Shown here piece by piece: positions 37,355-48,007 of a DNA stretch of 64,000 bases. Numbering within the stretch: the stretch's first letter is position 1; every line of letters starts with the position of its first letter. The notes beneath the pieces are model-generated. The model had not been told where the DNA came from and made no database searches. It saw only the letters and a list, made by a program, of their open reading frames with translations. Origin of the DNA: Alphaproteobacteria bacterium (GTDB lineage Bacteria; Pseudomonadota; Alphaproteobacteria; UBA6615); contig CBDHEC010000051.1 in NCBI GenBank assembly GCA_965261975.1, forward strand, positions 64,001-128,000, given 5' to 3'. The translations under genes were made by a program, and so were the position numbers.

Positions 37355-38744
37355 ATGAACCTAAGGTATGGATTGAGTGCTGTTGCGATGTTGGCCTTCT
37401 TGGGGGTCAACGTCAGCATGGCCAATGCGGAAAATTTAATCGAGGCGTTGGCGCAGACTTACGAGACAAATCCCGATCTCGCAGCAGAGCGGGCCGGATT
37501 GCGCGCGACCGATGAAGGCGTTCCCCAGGCCCTGTCGAACTGGCGCCCGGAAGTTGAAGTCGATGCGTCCTACGGGGTGCGCAAACGCGAGCGCGAATTC
37601 GAAACCTCGGACGTGGACATCGAGAATGCCGATCAGCCTCAACAGGTCTCGCTCAGCATAACCCAGAACCTGTTCCGCGGTTTCCGTACGATTTCCGAAA
37701 CAGACAACGCCCGGAATCTCGTGGCAGCGGGCCGTGCCAATCTTATTGAAACCGAACAGACCGTTCTGCTCGAAGCCGTGACAGCCTATATCAATGTCGT
37801 ACGGGACCGCGTGATCCTCTCGCTTCGTGAAAACAACGTCCGCGTGCTTGAGCAGGAGCGCCAGGCGACGGCCGACCGGTTCGAAGTTGGTGAACTGACG
37901 CGAACGGACGTTGCACAGGCCGACAGTCGTTTGGCCCAGGCCTTGTCCGAACGCACCGAAGCACAGGGCAATCTCAACTCCTCCAACGCCAACTATGTCG
38001 AAGTCATCGGGACGATGCCGGGTGACCTCGTGCGGCCGTCATTGCCCGCGGGCCTGCCGGGATCCGAGGAGGCGGCAGTTGCGCAGGCGAAGACGAACAA
38101 TCCGTCGGTTGTTGCGCAGGACTTCACGGAGCGTGCGGACCGGAGCAACGTCGATCTGATTGCCGGTGAATTGCTCCCGACGCTGTCCGTCGATGGCGAA
38201 GTCCTGAAGAACAAGGACGTGCTCGGAGCAGATACCGTCACGACCGAGCAATCGGTCACGCTGAACCTTTCGGTACCCCTGTATCAGTCAGGGGAGCGTC
38301 TATTCCCGAATCCGCGAAGCCAAGCAATGTGGCCAATCAGTCGTTTGCTCGCAATTCTCCGAGGAAGCGAACGCCAGGCGCAGGAATCAGGCGCGCTCAG
38401 AGTCCTGGGCGGCCCTGCATGTCGGCGCATCGTCGCGCATCACATCCGCTGAGGCCGAGGTCGCTGCACAGGAAATCGCGTTCGAGGGCGTCCAGCAGGA
38501 AGCGCAGGTGGGTTCGCGTACCGTTCTTGATGTGTTGGACGCCGAGCAGGAACTTCTCGATTCACGCGTCGATCTTGTGGTCGCACAGCGCGATGAAATA
38601 GTTGCGGCGTATGAACTGCTTCAGGCAGTCGGTCGGTTGACGGCCCAGGATCTCGGCTTGCCGGTTACGCTCTACGATCCGACCCGCAACTTCCGTGACG
38701 TCGAAAATCGACTCTTCGGCTCCGATATCTCGGACGAAAACTGA
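37355..38744 (+). CDS. tolC: TolC family outer membrane protein; apparent frameshifts at about 38290-38455
   Basis: Signal peptide, NPDLAAERA, RFEVGELTRTDVAQA, VPLYQSG. C-terminal fragment GSRTVLDVLDAEQEL...LLQAVGRLTA. Confidence 0.9.
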
Positions 38745-38823
38745 TAATTCGCCCGAAACACGCAATAGCACCTCGAACGAAGTGTTTTGACTGGCCCAGA
38801 CTCGCTCGCATTTCTAGTGTGCG

Positions 38824-38842
38824 TTTAGCTGTCATTAACCAT
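38824..38842 (+). promoter_or_regulatory. Putative CtrA-binding site upstream of popZ
   Basis: TTTA-GCTGTCA-TTAACCAT is TTAA-N7-TTAA with one mismatch and contains the TTAACCAT half-site; 21 bp before the ATG. Confidence 0.45.
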
Positions 38843-38863
38843 TTTCTGCGGTCATAGGCGACC

Positions 38864-39448
38864 ATGAGCGATACAAGTGCCGATCAGCAAGAACCGTCGA
38901 TGGAGGAAATCCTCGCGTCGATCCGCCGAATCATTTCGGAGGATGGCGACGAAGAGGGCGACGGTGAAGTTGCCGCTGTCGATTCCGGCGATGAAGAACC
39001 GCCGGTCGAGGCCGTGAATGATGACGCCACTGAAGAGGTCGAGGAAATGCCGGAGGACGATAACGACGACGACATCCTCGAACTGACCGACGTGATCGAA
39101 GATGAGGAAGCCCCGGAACCCGAGCCGGAACCGGCCCCCGAACCAGAGCCGGAACCCGAGCCCGAGCCGGAACCTGAGCTGGAACCCGAGCCGGTTGAGG
39201 AAATCCTTGTCGCAGAAGACAAAATTGTCTCCGACGAAGTCGAAGAGGTTAGTGCCGCGGCGATGTCTGGTCTGACCGCCGTGCTCGCTGCAAATGCGGC
39301 GGTAGGTGATGGCAACCAGACCCTCGAACAGCTCGTTAAAGATGTGCTGCGGCCGGTCCTTAAGCAGTGGCTGGACGACAATCTGCCCGAGATCGTTGAC
39401 CGTATTGTCCAGGAAGAAGTCGAGCGCATCGCCAAGCGCGCCAAGTAA
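38864..39448 (+). CDS. popZ: Polar organizing protein PopZ (DUF2497)
   Basis: EPSMEEILASIRRIISED N-helix, acidic/proline-rich linker with EPEPEP repeats, C-terminal TLEQLV...LRPVLKQWLDDNLP.IV.RIV..EVERI. Confidence 0.93.
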   Translation: MSDTSADQQEPSMEEILASIRRIISEDGDEEGDGEVAAVDSGDEEPPVEAVNDDATEEVEEMPEDDNDDDILELTDVIEDEEAPEPEPEPAPEPEPEPEPEPEPELEPEPVEEILVAEDKIVSDEVEEVSAAAMSGLTAVLAANAAVGDGNQTLEQLVKDVLRPVLKQWLDDNLPEIVDRIVQEEVERIAKRAK

Positions 39449-39580
39449 CCCGGACTCCCCGCAAATCCGTTTTGTTGCCGCAGGAGACCTGTAGGGTCTA
39501 GCCGCGACGCGCCTGCTTCGCTAAACCAGCGCGGACCGCATGATTGCGATCATCCGCGACTGATGCAAAGCCACGTGACC

Positions 39581-42337
39581 ATGACCGATCTTGATAAGAC
39601 ATACGCGCCCGCTGAAATCGAGCCGCGCCTATATGGGCGTTGGGAGTCCGCCGACGCGTTCGCGTGTGGGCGTACCGAGAACGCGACCTACACGATCGTC
39701 ATTCCGCCGCCCAATGTGACGGGTAACCTGCATATGGGCCATGCCCTGAACAACACGCTGCAGGATCTTCTCGTGCGCTGGCGGCGCATGCAGGGCTACG
39801 ACACGCTCTGGCAGCCGGGAACGGATCATGCCGGTATCGCCACCCAGATGGTGGTCGAGCGCCAGCTTGCCGAAGACGGTATCCGTCTCGATCGTGGCCG
39901 GGCGCTTGAAGATGCCAATGAGAATCTCATCGGCCGCGAGGACTTCCTCGAAAAGGTCTGGGCGTGGAAGGAAGAGTCTGGCGGCACAATCATCAACCAG
40001 CTCAAGCGGCTGGGTGCATCATGTGACTGGTCGCGCGAGCGCTTCACCATGGATGAGGGCCTGTCAAATGCTGTCCTCAAGGTGTTCGTGGAACTTCACA
40101 GCCAGGGCCTCATCTTCAAGGACAAGCGACTGGTCAACTGGGACCCGAAGCTGCACACCGCGATTTCGGATCTTGAAGTGGTGCAGAAGGAGGTGGACAG
40201 CCATCTCTGGTATTTCCGCTACCCCATCGAGGGTGAACCCGATCGTTTCGTGACCGTCGCGACAACGCGCCCCGAAACCATGCTGGGCGATACCGGCGTT
40301 GCCGTGCATCCCGACGACGAGCGTTTCCAGGACATCATCGGCAAGAACGCGATCCTGCCCATCGCCGGTCGCAAGATCAAAATCGTCGCCGATAGCTATG
40401 CCGACCCGGAGCAGGGGTCCGGTGCGGTGAAAATTACCCCCGCCCACGATTTCAATGATTTCGAGGTGGGCCGACGTGCCGGGCTGGACACCATCAATGT
40501 GCTTCGATGCGTCCGCCGAACATCGCCATCGATACCGACGAGTTTCGAATGAATCCGGCACCAGCGCCAATCGGAGTGGGGCGATCCGGAAGCGGCGATT
40601 GCCCGCCTACAACGGCCTCGACCGGTTCGAAGCGCGCGACAAGGCGATCGTGGCCGAGATGGAAGACCCGCGGCCTGCTTGCTGAAATCGAGCCGCACAA
40701 GCACACCGTTCCGTTCGGTGATCGCTCGGACGTGGTGATCGAGCCCTGGCTGACCGATCAGTGGTATGTGGACGCCGAAACTCTGGCCAAAGCCCGCCGT
40801 GGAGGCGGTCGAGAAGCGGCAAGACCCGAAGTTTGTGCCGGAGAACTGGTCGAAGACCTATTTCGAATGGCTGCGCAACATTCAGCCCTGGTGTATTTCG
40901 CGCCAATTATGGTGGGGCCATCAGATTCCGGCCTGGTATGGCCCGGACGACGAGATTTTTGTCGCCGAGAACGAGGAAGCCGCCGCCGCCGCCGCGGAAG
41001 CTCATTACGGCAAGAGGGTTGAGCTGACGCGCGACCCGGACGTGCTCGACACATGGTTCTCGTCGGCGCTCTGGCCGTTTTCCACGCTCGGCTGGCCGGA
41101 CGAGACGCCGGAGGTGGAGCGCTACTATCCCACCAGTGTACTCATCACCGGTTTCGACATCATTTTCTTCTGGGTCGCCCGGATGATGATGTTCGGGCTC
41201 CATTTCATGGACGAAATCCCTTTTTCCGATGTCTACATCCACGCGCTGGTCCGCGACGAGAAGGGCGCGAAGATGTCCAAGTCGAAGGGCAATGTCATGG
41301 ATCCGCTGGATGTCATCGACGAGTTTGGTGCTGACGCACTGCGCTTTACCCTGACGTCAATGGCGGCGATGGGGCGCGACATCAAGCTGGCCAATTCGCG
41401 CGTACAGGGTTACCGGAATTTCGGCACGAAGCTTTGGAATGCCGCGCGCTTCTGCCAGATGAACGAATGCGCCGCACCCGGCCCGGAGTTTGATCCGGCG
41501 AATGTCGAGTTGACGCTCAACAAATGGATCACCGGTGGGGTCGCCGAAACGACTGCCAGCGTGACCAGAGCCCTCGAGGAGTATCGCTTCGATCAGGCGG
41601 CGGGGGCGATCTACCAGTTCACGTGGCACACCTTCTGCGACTGGTATGTCGAATTCGCCAAGCCGGTGTTCCAGGGTGATGACGAAGCGGCCAAGGCAGA
41701 GACCCGTGCTGTGGCCGGCTGGACCCTGCAACAAATCCTCAGGATCCTGCATCCGTTCATGCCGTTCATCACCGAGGAGCTCTGGCAGCATTTCGGCGAT
41801 GACGAGACCATGCTCATTCACGCCGCCTGGCCGGCAAACGACATCGCACCGGTCGACGCCGGCGCAAAGGATGAACTCGACTGGGCGGTTCAGTTCATCA
41901 CCGAGGTCCGCACCGTACGCAACGAGGTCAACGTGCCGGCCGGGGCAAAAATTCCCGCGATCCTGCGCGACGCAACCGAAGAGACCCAGGCTCGCCTGGG
42001 AAGACATCGCGACCAAATACTGCGCCTCGCGCGCCTTGAAGATGTTGTCGTGGATGGGGACGTCCCGGAGGATGCGGTGCAGATGGTACTCAATGAGGCC
42101 ACGCTGGCCTTACCGTTGGCCGACGTCATCGATCTGGGTGCAGAACGCGATCGTCTGTCGAAAGAGATTGCAAAGCTCGACAAGGACATTGCGGGCATCG
42201 ACAAGAAGCTTGCGAACGAAAAGTTCCTCGCCAATGCGCCGGAAGCGGTGGTCGCCGAACAGCATGAGCGTCGCGCCGATGCGGCCGACGCGAAGGCAAA
42301 GCTTCAGGGCGCACTCGAACGATTGAGCGCCGCCTGA
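39581..42337 (+). CDS. valS: Valine--tRNA ligase; apparent frameshifts at about 40500-40820
   Basis: [13 protein letters not shown] (HIGH), [47 protein letters not shown]-terminal coiled coil. Confidence 0.95.
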
Positions 42338-42499
42338 TACGATCAGTGCTCGGTAACGTCATCAATGCCCAGCTGACAATGACCCACCGCCGGTCGATAT
42401 TCGTTGTGCCTGGCACAAGGGTTGGGCCGTCGGCAAACACGCTGCCGAATAGCGCTGCACTGGCCTGTTTGAAGACAGTGACAACAAGGAAGAACGATT

Positions 42500-42985
42500 A
42501 TGAGATTTTGCCGCCAATCCCTCTTCGCCCTGTTAATGCTGTTCAGTTTCAGCGGTGTCGCATACGCCCAGGGCAACACGCAGGAGGACGAGGAGCTTTT
42601 CCACCCGCAGGTTGTGATCGGTTTGCAGGATGCAAAAAGCAATATGAGCGCCGAGGCCTATATCGGATGCTTCGTGACGGGACTTTTCGTGACCGACTTC
42701 GCAAAGCGCGCAAAATCGGGGGACGGCAGCAAAACATTGGGCGATTTGCTCGAGGAATTTGTCTGCGCCGAGTCCGAGATTGTTGGTGGGGAACGCTACT
42801 ACGTTTCGGGGACCTTGACCGTGAACGGCGAGACCGGGCCCATTGATTCTGAAGTCATCGAGGTACCCGATGGCAGCATTGGCGCGACACAGGGTGCCGA
42901 AACGAGCTGGGCACTCGGTCGGTTTTCGATCGCCGGCAACGAGATATTTCGCGACCGGCGTTTCAGGCCCGCTTTGAATCGTTGA
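42500..42985 (+). CDS. Hypothetical secreted protein
   Basis: Signal peptide ending AYA-Q; fills the valS-ilvD gap; no recognisable motif. Confidence 0.6.
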   Translation: MRFCRQSLFALLMLFSFSGVAYAQGNTQEDEELFHPQVVIGLQDAKSNMSAEAYIGCFVTGLFVTDFAKRAKSGDGSKTLGDLLEEFVCAESEIVGGERYYVSGTLTVNGETGPIDSEVIEVPDGSIGATQGAETSWALGRFSIAGNEIFRDRRFRPALNR

Positions 42986-43152
42986 TCTTCTCGCCGACCG
43001 GGTGTCGTAAACCCTTACGTCGGTTTCGGAACCATCCGCAGGTCAGTTCCTTATATCTCTGGAATCTGGCTTACACCCGCCGGCGCAGTTATGCTCCGCA
43101 GCGAATTCTCAATTATGGGCTTTTGGCCCGCATCAGACGAAGGAATCAGGTC

Positions 43153-44889
43153 ATGGACGGCAACACACCCGGCGGCGAATGGGACAAATCGAAACTGCCG
43201 AGCCGACACGTCTCGGTCGGCAATACCTCAGCCCCGCATCGCGCGTTCTATTACGCGATGGGGATGACGCCCGAGGAAATCAGCCAGCCCTTCGTTGGTG
43301 TCGTGACCACCTGGAACGAGGCAGCACCCTGTAACATCGCCTTGTCGCGCCAGGCCCAGGCGGCCAAGGCAGGCGTGCGCGATGCCGGCGGCACGCCGCG
43401 CGAGTTCACCACCATCACCGTGACCGACGGCATCGCCATGGGCCACGACGGCATGCGCTCGTCGCTGGTCAGCCGCGAGGTGATTGCTGATTCGACCGAG
43501 TTGACCGTGCGCGGCCACTCCTACGATGCGCTCGTCGGGCTGGCGGGTTGCGATAAATCCTTGCCGGGCCTGATGATGGCGATGATCCGTCTGAACGTTC
43601 CGTCGGTGTTCATGTATGGCGGCTCGATCCTGCCGGGCAAGTTCAAGGGCAAGGATGTCACCATCATCGACGTGTTCGAGGGTGTCGGCGCGAACGCCGC
43701 CGGCTCCATGTCGGACGAGGACCTGCTCGAGCTTGAATGCGCGGCCTGTCCGTCTGCGGGCGCATGCGGAGGCCAGTTCACGGCCAACACCATGGCGTGC
43801 GTGTCGGAAGCCATCGGCCTGGCGCTGCCCCATTCCGCGGGAGCCCCGGCTGTCTACGAGACCCGGGACGAATATGCGGCCGCCAGCGGCAAGGCGGTGA
43901 TGGAGCTGATCAAGACCCAGCTACGCCCGCGAGATATCGTCACCCGCAAGGCGTTCGAGAATGCCGCGGCTGTCGTAGCGGCAACCGGCGGCTCGACCAA
44001 TGCCGGCCTGCATCTCCCGGCCATGGCCGCAGAGGCCGGCATCGATTTCGATCTGATGGATGTCTGCGAGATTTTCCGCAAGACGCCCTACATCGCCGAC
44101 CTCAAGCCCGGCGGGAAGTATGTCGCCAAGGACATGTTCGACGTCGGTGGCGTCGGCCTCGTCATCAAGGAATTGCTCAATGGCGGCTACATGCATGGTG
44201 ACTGCATGACGGTGACGGGCAAGACCCTGGCCGAGAACTACGCCGACGTGACACTCCCCGAGGGGCAGGACGTGGTGCGGCCGATCACCGACCCGATCTC
44301 GACCACTGGCGGTGTCGTCGGCCTGATGGGCAACCTTGCTCCCCAGGGTGCGATCGTGAAAATCGCCGGACTGGAGAAAATCCAGTTCACCGGTCCCGCA
44401 CGGGTGTTCGAGCGCGAGGAAGATTGTCTGCAGGCCGTGCTCAACCGTGAATATGAGGAAGGCGATGTGCTGGTCATTCGCAACGAGGGGCCGAAGGGCG
44501 GCCCGGGCATGCGCGAGATGTTGTCCACCACGGGGGCGCTCTACGGCCAGGGGATGGGCGACAAGGTGGCACTGATCACCGACGGTCGCTTCTCCGGTGG
44601 AACGCGCGGTTTCTGCATCGGCCATGTCGGCCCCGAGGCCGCGGTCGGCGGCCCGATCGGCCTGATCAAGGACGGCGACGTGATCTCTATCGACGCCGAC
44701 GCCGGGACCTTGAGCGTCGATCTTTCGGACGCCGAGCTGGAGGAGCGCCGGAAGAACTGGACACCGATCGAGACCAACTACCAGTCCGGCACCCTTTGGA
44801 AATACGCCCAGACGGTGGGGGATGCGCGTTACGGCGCGATCACACATCCGGGAGGCAAGGCCGAAACTCACGTGTATGCGGACCTTTAG
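43153..44889 (+). CDS. ilvD: Dihydroxy-acid dehydratase
   Basis: [63 protein letters not shown]. Confidence 0.96.
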   Translation: MDGNTPGGEWDKSKLPSRHVSVGNTSAPHRAFYYAMGMTPEEISQPFVGVVTTWNEAAPCNIALSRQAQAAKAGVRDAGGTPREFTTITVTDGIAMGHDGMRSSLVSREVIADSTELTVRGHSYDALVGLAGCDKSLPGLMMAMIRLNVPSVFMYGGSILPGKFKGKDVTIIDVFEGVGANAAGSMSDEDLLELECAACPSAGACGGQFTANTMACVSEAIGLALPHSAGAPAVYETRDEYAAASGKAVMELIKTQLRPRDIVTRKAFENAAAVVAATGGSTNAGLHLPAMAAEAGIDFDLMDVCEIFRKTPYIADLKPGGKYVAKDMFDVGGVGLVIKELLNGGYMHGDCMTVTGKTLAENYADVTLPEGQDVVRPITDPISTTGGVVGLMGNLAPQGAIVKIAGLEKIQFTGPARVFEREEDCLQAVLNREYEEGDVLVIRNEGPKGGPGMREMLSTTGALYGQGMGDKVALITDGRFSGGTRGFCIGHVGPEAAVGGPIGLIKDGDVISIDADAGTLSVDLSDAELEERRKNWTPIETNYQSGTLWKYAQTVGDARYGAITHPGGKAETHVYADL

Positions 44890-44925
44890 GTGCTAGGGTC
44901 ACTGCCGAAATAGCGGGAGCCTGTC

Positions 44926-45354
44926 ATGCTGCGACGTTTGTTCGAAGGTTTCATCATGCTGGTCGTCATCTGGGCGGTCCTGAACAAGGTCGATTCGGGA
45001 ATTGTATCGGTGGTGATCCTGGTCGGTGCCGTGTTTGCGCTGACGGCATGGCGCATCCACAAGGTCTGGCAGCGCTATCAGATGCACTTGTTTGTGCAGT
45101 CGCGCCCCCGTAACGAGCCCATCGCCGCCAATTCCGCCATCGAAAACGAGATGCTGGCATTGCGCTGCAAGCAACATGGTCGCGGGGTGGAACTCACCTT
45201 CTGGACCGGCTTCGTGATGGGCGGTGCGATGACCCTCGATGCGCCAAACCCGGCCCATGCGGGCGACATGTACGACCTCGACAGCATCGGCGGAGCTGAC
45301 AGCGGCGGGGATATCGGCGGCAGCATGGGTGGCGGTCTCGGCGGAGACATGTAG
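44926..45354 (+). CDS. Hypothetical membrane protein with Gly/Asp-rich C-terminal tail
   Basis: Two N-terminal TM segments; GGAG RBS; tail DSIGGADSGGDIGGSMGGGLGGDM. Confidence 0.6.
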   Translation: MLRRLFEGFIMLVVIWAVLNKVDSGIVSVVILVGAVFALTAWRIHKVWQRYQMHLFVQSRPRNEPIAANSAIENEMLALRCKQHGRGVELTFWTGFVMGGAMTLDAPNPAHAGDMYDLDSIGGADSGGDIGGSMGGGLGGDM

Positions 45355-45365
45355 CCGGGCGTTGG

Positions 45366-45980
45366 GTGCTCAAGAGACTCCGAATCATCGCCTGTGTTCT
45401 TGCCTGGACTTGTCTGGGCCCGGGCACGGTGGTTGCGCAGTCCACATTGCCCGACTTGTCCGGCCTGGTTGTCGATGCGGCCGACCTGTTGGCACCCGAC
45501 GAAGAGACGCGCCTCAAGGCCTTGCTCGCACAATATGAGGTGGATACCGGCGGCCGGGTGATCGTCACGACGCTCACAACACTCGGGGGGCGGTCAATCG
45601 AAGCCTATGGCGCCGATCTTGCCCATCACTGGAACATCGCGAAGTATCCAAACTCGGCGATCCTGATCGTCGCCGAGGCCGAGCGCCGCGTGCGCATGGA
45701 GTTCGGCCCGCCGGTGCGGGGCACCATGATCGACGTGCGCTCCAGCCAGATGGTCCAGCGGGTGATCCTGCAGGCGTTCCGCGCCGGGCAGTTCGACATT
45801 GTCCTGGAGACCGGTCTGCGCGAATTGTTTGTGATGCTGGAAGAGGGGGTCGACCAGACATCTGACGAGGCCCGGCACCTGTCCGAGATCATCGTCGATA
45901 AGCGGGTGTTATTGCCCGTCGGCGCGCTGCTACTCGTTCTCGTCTTTTGCGGGTTGGGTCGCTGTCACGCGCGGGGTTAG
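45366..45980 (+). CDS. TPM domain protein
   Basis: Signal peptide, VVDAADLL, TL.G.SIEAY...L..HWNI, ILIVA..ERRVRME.G, FRAGQF; C-terminal TM. Confidence 0.85.
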   Translation: MLKRLRIIACVLAWTCLGPGTVVAQSTLPDLSGLVVDAADLLAPDEETRLKALLAQYEVDTGGRVIVTTLTTLGGRSIEAYGADLAHHWNIAKYPNSAILIVAEAERRVRMEFGPPVRGTMIDVRSSQMVQRVILQAFRAGQFDIVLETGLRELFVMLEEGVDQTSDEARHLSEIIVDKRVLLPVGALLLVLVFCGLGRCHARG

Positions 45981-45996
45981 TTCATGCCCTCAAGAG

Positions 45997-46070
45997 CGTC
46001 ATGCCCGGGCTTGGCCCGGGCATCTCGGCGAACTGCATCGGAGATGGCCCGGTTAAGCCCGGCCATGACG
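45997..46070. repeat. CGTC-tagged REP-like palindromic dimer
   Basis: CGTCATGCCCGGGCTTGGCCCGGGCATCTC...GAGATGGCCCGGTTAAGCCCGGCCATGACG: two inverted self-palindromic units between convergent genes. Confidence 0.8.
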
Positions 46071-46078
46071 GCAACGGC

Positions 46079-46402
46079 CTATTGAACGTTGGATTTCTTG
46101 TTCGGGACGATCCGCTGGACCTGGATTTTCTCGCGGAAAATCAGTTTGCCCACGCGCGGCGCGATCTCGCTCTGCCAGTGCGGGTCTTCATACACCGCCT
46201 TGTAGAGCCGCTCGCGTTCCTTCTCGGAGTTGAACCGGCGCATCCACACGAAAACGGAATCGTCCGTCTCGCCGTGCCAGGACCCGCAAATGACCATGCC
46301 CTTGCCGATCTGGAAGGGGGCAATCTCCTCGTCGAAGATCTTCAGCCATTCCTTCATCTTGTTGCGGCGGATCTTGTATTGCCGGAGTTCGAAAAATGCC
46401 AT
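46079..46402 (-). CDS. NIPSNAP family protein
   Basis: FFELRQY, FDEEIAPFQ..KGMVI.GS, FVWMRRF.SE.ERERLYKAVYE. Confidence 0.88.
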   Translation of the reverse strand: MAFFELRQYKIRRNKMKEWLKIFDEEIAPFQIGKGMVICGSWHGETDDSVFVWMRRFNSEKERERLYKAVYEDPHWQSEIAPRVGKLIFREKIQVQRIVPNKKSNVQ

Positions 46403-46484
46403 GGGGATACTCTCCTCGGAGGTTGGTTCTAAATCTGGGATTGCCGAAAACTATATCACCGTTTCGGCGCGGCTGTTTGCGCCG

Positions 46485-46874
46485 TCAGTTGAGCCCCAGC
46501 AATGGCATCCCTGCATAGAGCCTGATGAAGCTCGACACGAACAGGGTCAGGTAGAGCGGTGCCAGCACGCCGACGATGGTCGGCTCCATGATCCGGCGGA
46601 ACTGGGAGCGTGGTCGCGTGGTGTCGGTGATCTTGAAGGCGCAGTAGATCACCGGGTAGGTCATCAGGATCAGGACGATGAGGCCGACGTTGATCAGGAT
46701 GGCACGCACGATCAGCACGAAGGTTGACTGGGCCTCCGGCCAGGACAGCCATATGGCCACCCCGACGGCAAACAACCAGAATCCCACGCCATAGGTGATC
46801 AGCGATGCGCGGTAGCCGTGTCGACCGAGATACAGGTCGAGGAGAAACCGCAGGACATTGTTGGAAGGGTTCAT
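46485..46874 (-). CDS. Hypothetical membrane protein
   Basis: Three hydrophobic segments; same strand as its neighbours. Confidence 0.6.
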   Translation of the reverse strand: MNPSNNVLRFLLDLYLGRHGYRASLITYGVGFWLFAVGVAIWLSWPEAQSTFVLIVRAILINVGLIVLILMTYPVIYCAFKITDTTRPRSQFRRIMEPTIVGVLAPLYLTLFVSSFIRLYAGMPLLGLN

Positions 46875-46910
46875 CTGTATACGTTTCGAGACGGGAGAAC
46901 CCGGTGCGGC

Positions 46911-47975
46911 TCAGGCCGTGACATTGACGTTGTTGTCGCCGTCGGCCTTGAGCTTGCCGTAATGGGTGTAGGACCGCTTCATGTACCAGTCGAAATACTC
47001 CCAGTAGGTCATGGGTTCGTATTGCGGCGGGTTATCCGCGCTGACGCAGGTCGGCAGGGCGTTACCCGGCGTGTCGAAGCCAGGGTTCACGAAACAGGCG
47101 AAGGAATATCGGTCGTGGTCCGTTGGCGGCACCACTCGGTGGGGTGTCGCGCGGAATCGATTGTTGGTCCAGCGCTCGAAGAAGTAACCCATATTCACCA
47201 TCACCGCGCCGTCGGGCAGGTCCGGCCAGAACCAGGTTTCGCCATCGGAATCGAGGATCTGGATGCCTTCCTCCTTCGCCGGCGGCAGGTAGGTGTTGAA
47301 GCCCGTGTCGCAATGGGCATTCGAGCCCATCTCGCCGTCATCGAGATCATTCTTGGGCGGGTAGTGGGCGACCCTGAAATAGGTGTAGCTCTGCTCGAAA
47401 TACGGATTGAAGAAGTCGGCTTCGAGCTCAAGTGAACGCGCCCAGACCGGCAGCATGGATTTCCCCAGCTCGGTGATGCGCGCCATGTAGTTCTGGGCCG
47501 TGGCCTTGAAGCCCGGCACCATGTCGTCGGGTAGCCAAGGGCAGGCGCCGTAGAATTTCTTTCCCGCGATCACGTCGGGATGGTCGGCGGGATAATCCGT
47601 CGCCAGCACCAGGCACTCGACGGTGTTGAGTTTCTTGGAATCATGAAACTTCGAATGGGTCGTCAGGCCGCCGCGGGCCGGGACGTAGCCTTTCTGATCC
47701 TGGGTGACCTTGATCTGCATCTTAGTTTCGAGCGGCAGGTCGTGGAACTGCTTGGCCGCGTCATGCATGCCGTCGATCAGCTCGGGCTCGAGGCCGTGAT
47801 TGACGATGGCGACGAAACCCAGATTCTCCCAGACATCACGCCACTGGACAGCGATCTCTTCGATGGCGCCAGCGTCACCCAAGCGCGCCTTGCCCACATC
47901 GATGACGGGCAGCGCCTTGCGCGGGACGTCGCGCACGGATTTGGCGAATTCGGATTCGTTGTGGGCGAGTGACAT
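46911..47975 (-). CDS. Isopenicillin N synthase family 2OG-Fe(II) oxygenase
   Basis: LPVID, GF..IVNHG, FHDLPLETK, R.AHYPP, H-x-D (AHCDTG), WTN.RF.ATPHRV, RYS. Confidence 0.9.
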   Translation of the reverse strand: MSLAHNESEFAKSVRDVPRKALPVIDVGKARLGDAGAIEEIAVQWRDVWENLGFVAIVNHGLEPELIDGMHDAAKQFHDLPLETKMQIKVTQDQKGYVPARGGLTTHSKFHDSKKLNTVECLVLATDYPADHPDVIAGKKFYGACPWLPDDMVPGFKATAQNYMARITELGKSMLPVWARSLELEADFFNPYFEQSYTYFRVAHYPPKNDLDDGEMGSNAHCDTGFNTYLPPAKEEGIQILDSDGETWFWPDLPDGAVMVNMGYFFERWTNNRFRATPHRVVPPTDHDRYSFACFVNPGFDTPGNALPTCVSADNPPQYEPMTYWEYFDWYMKRSYTHYGKLKADGDNNVNVTA

Positions 47976-48007
47976 TGGATCCCCCTGATTTCGTGCCGAC
48001 TATAGCG

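Noticed and set aside
39110-39193. Short repeats as a CRISPR-like array
   Set aside because: Degenerate in-frame coding repeats (Glu-Pro) with no spacers and no cas genes.
39581-42337. valS (and tolC, dnaE2) as pseudogenes or programmed-frameshift genes
   Set aside because: Several indels cluster within 150-600 bp, no slippery heptamer or stimulatory structure is evident, and valS is essential. Sequencing error is far more likely.
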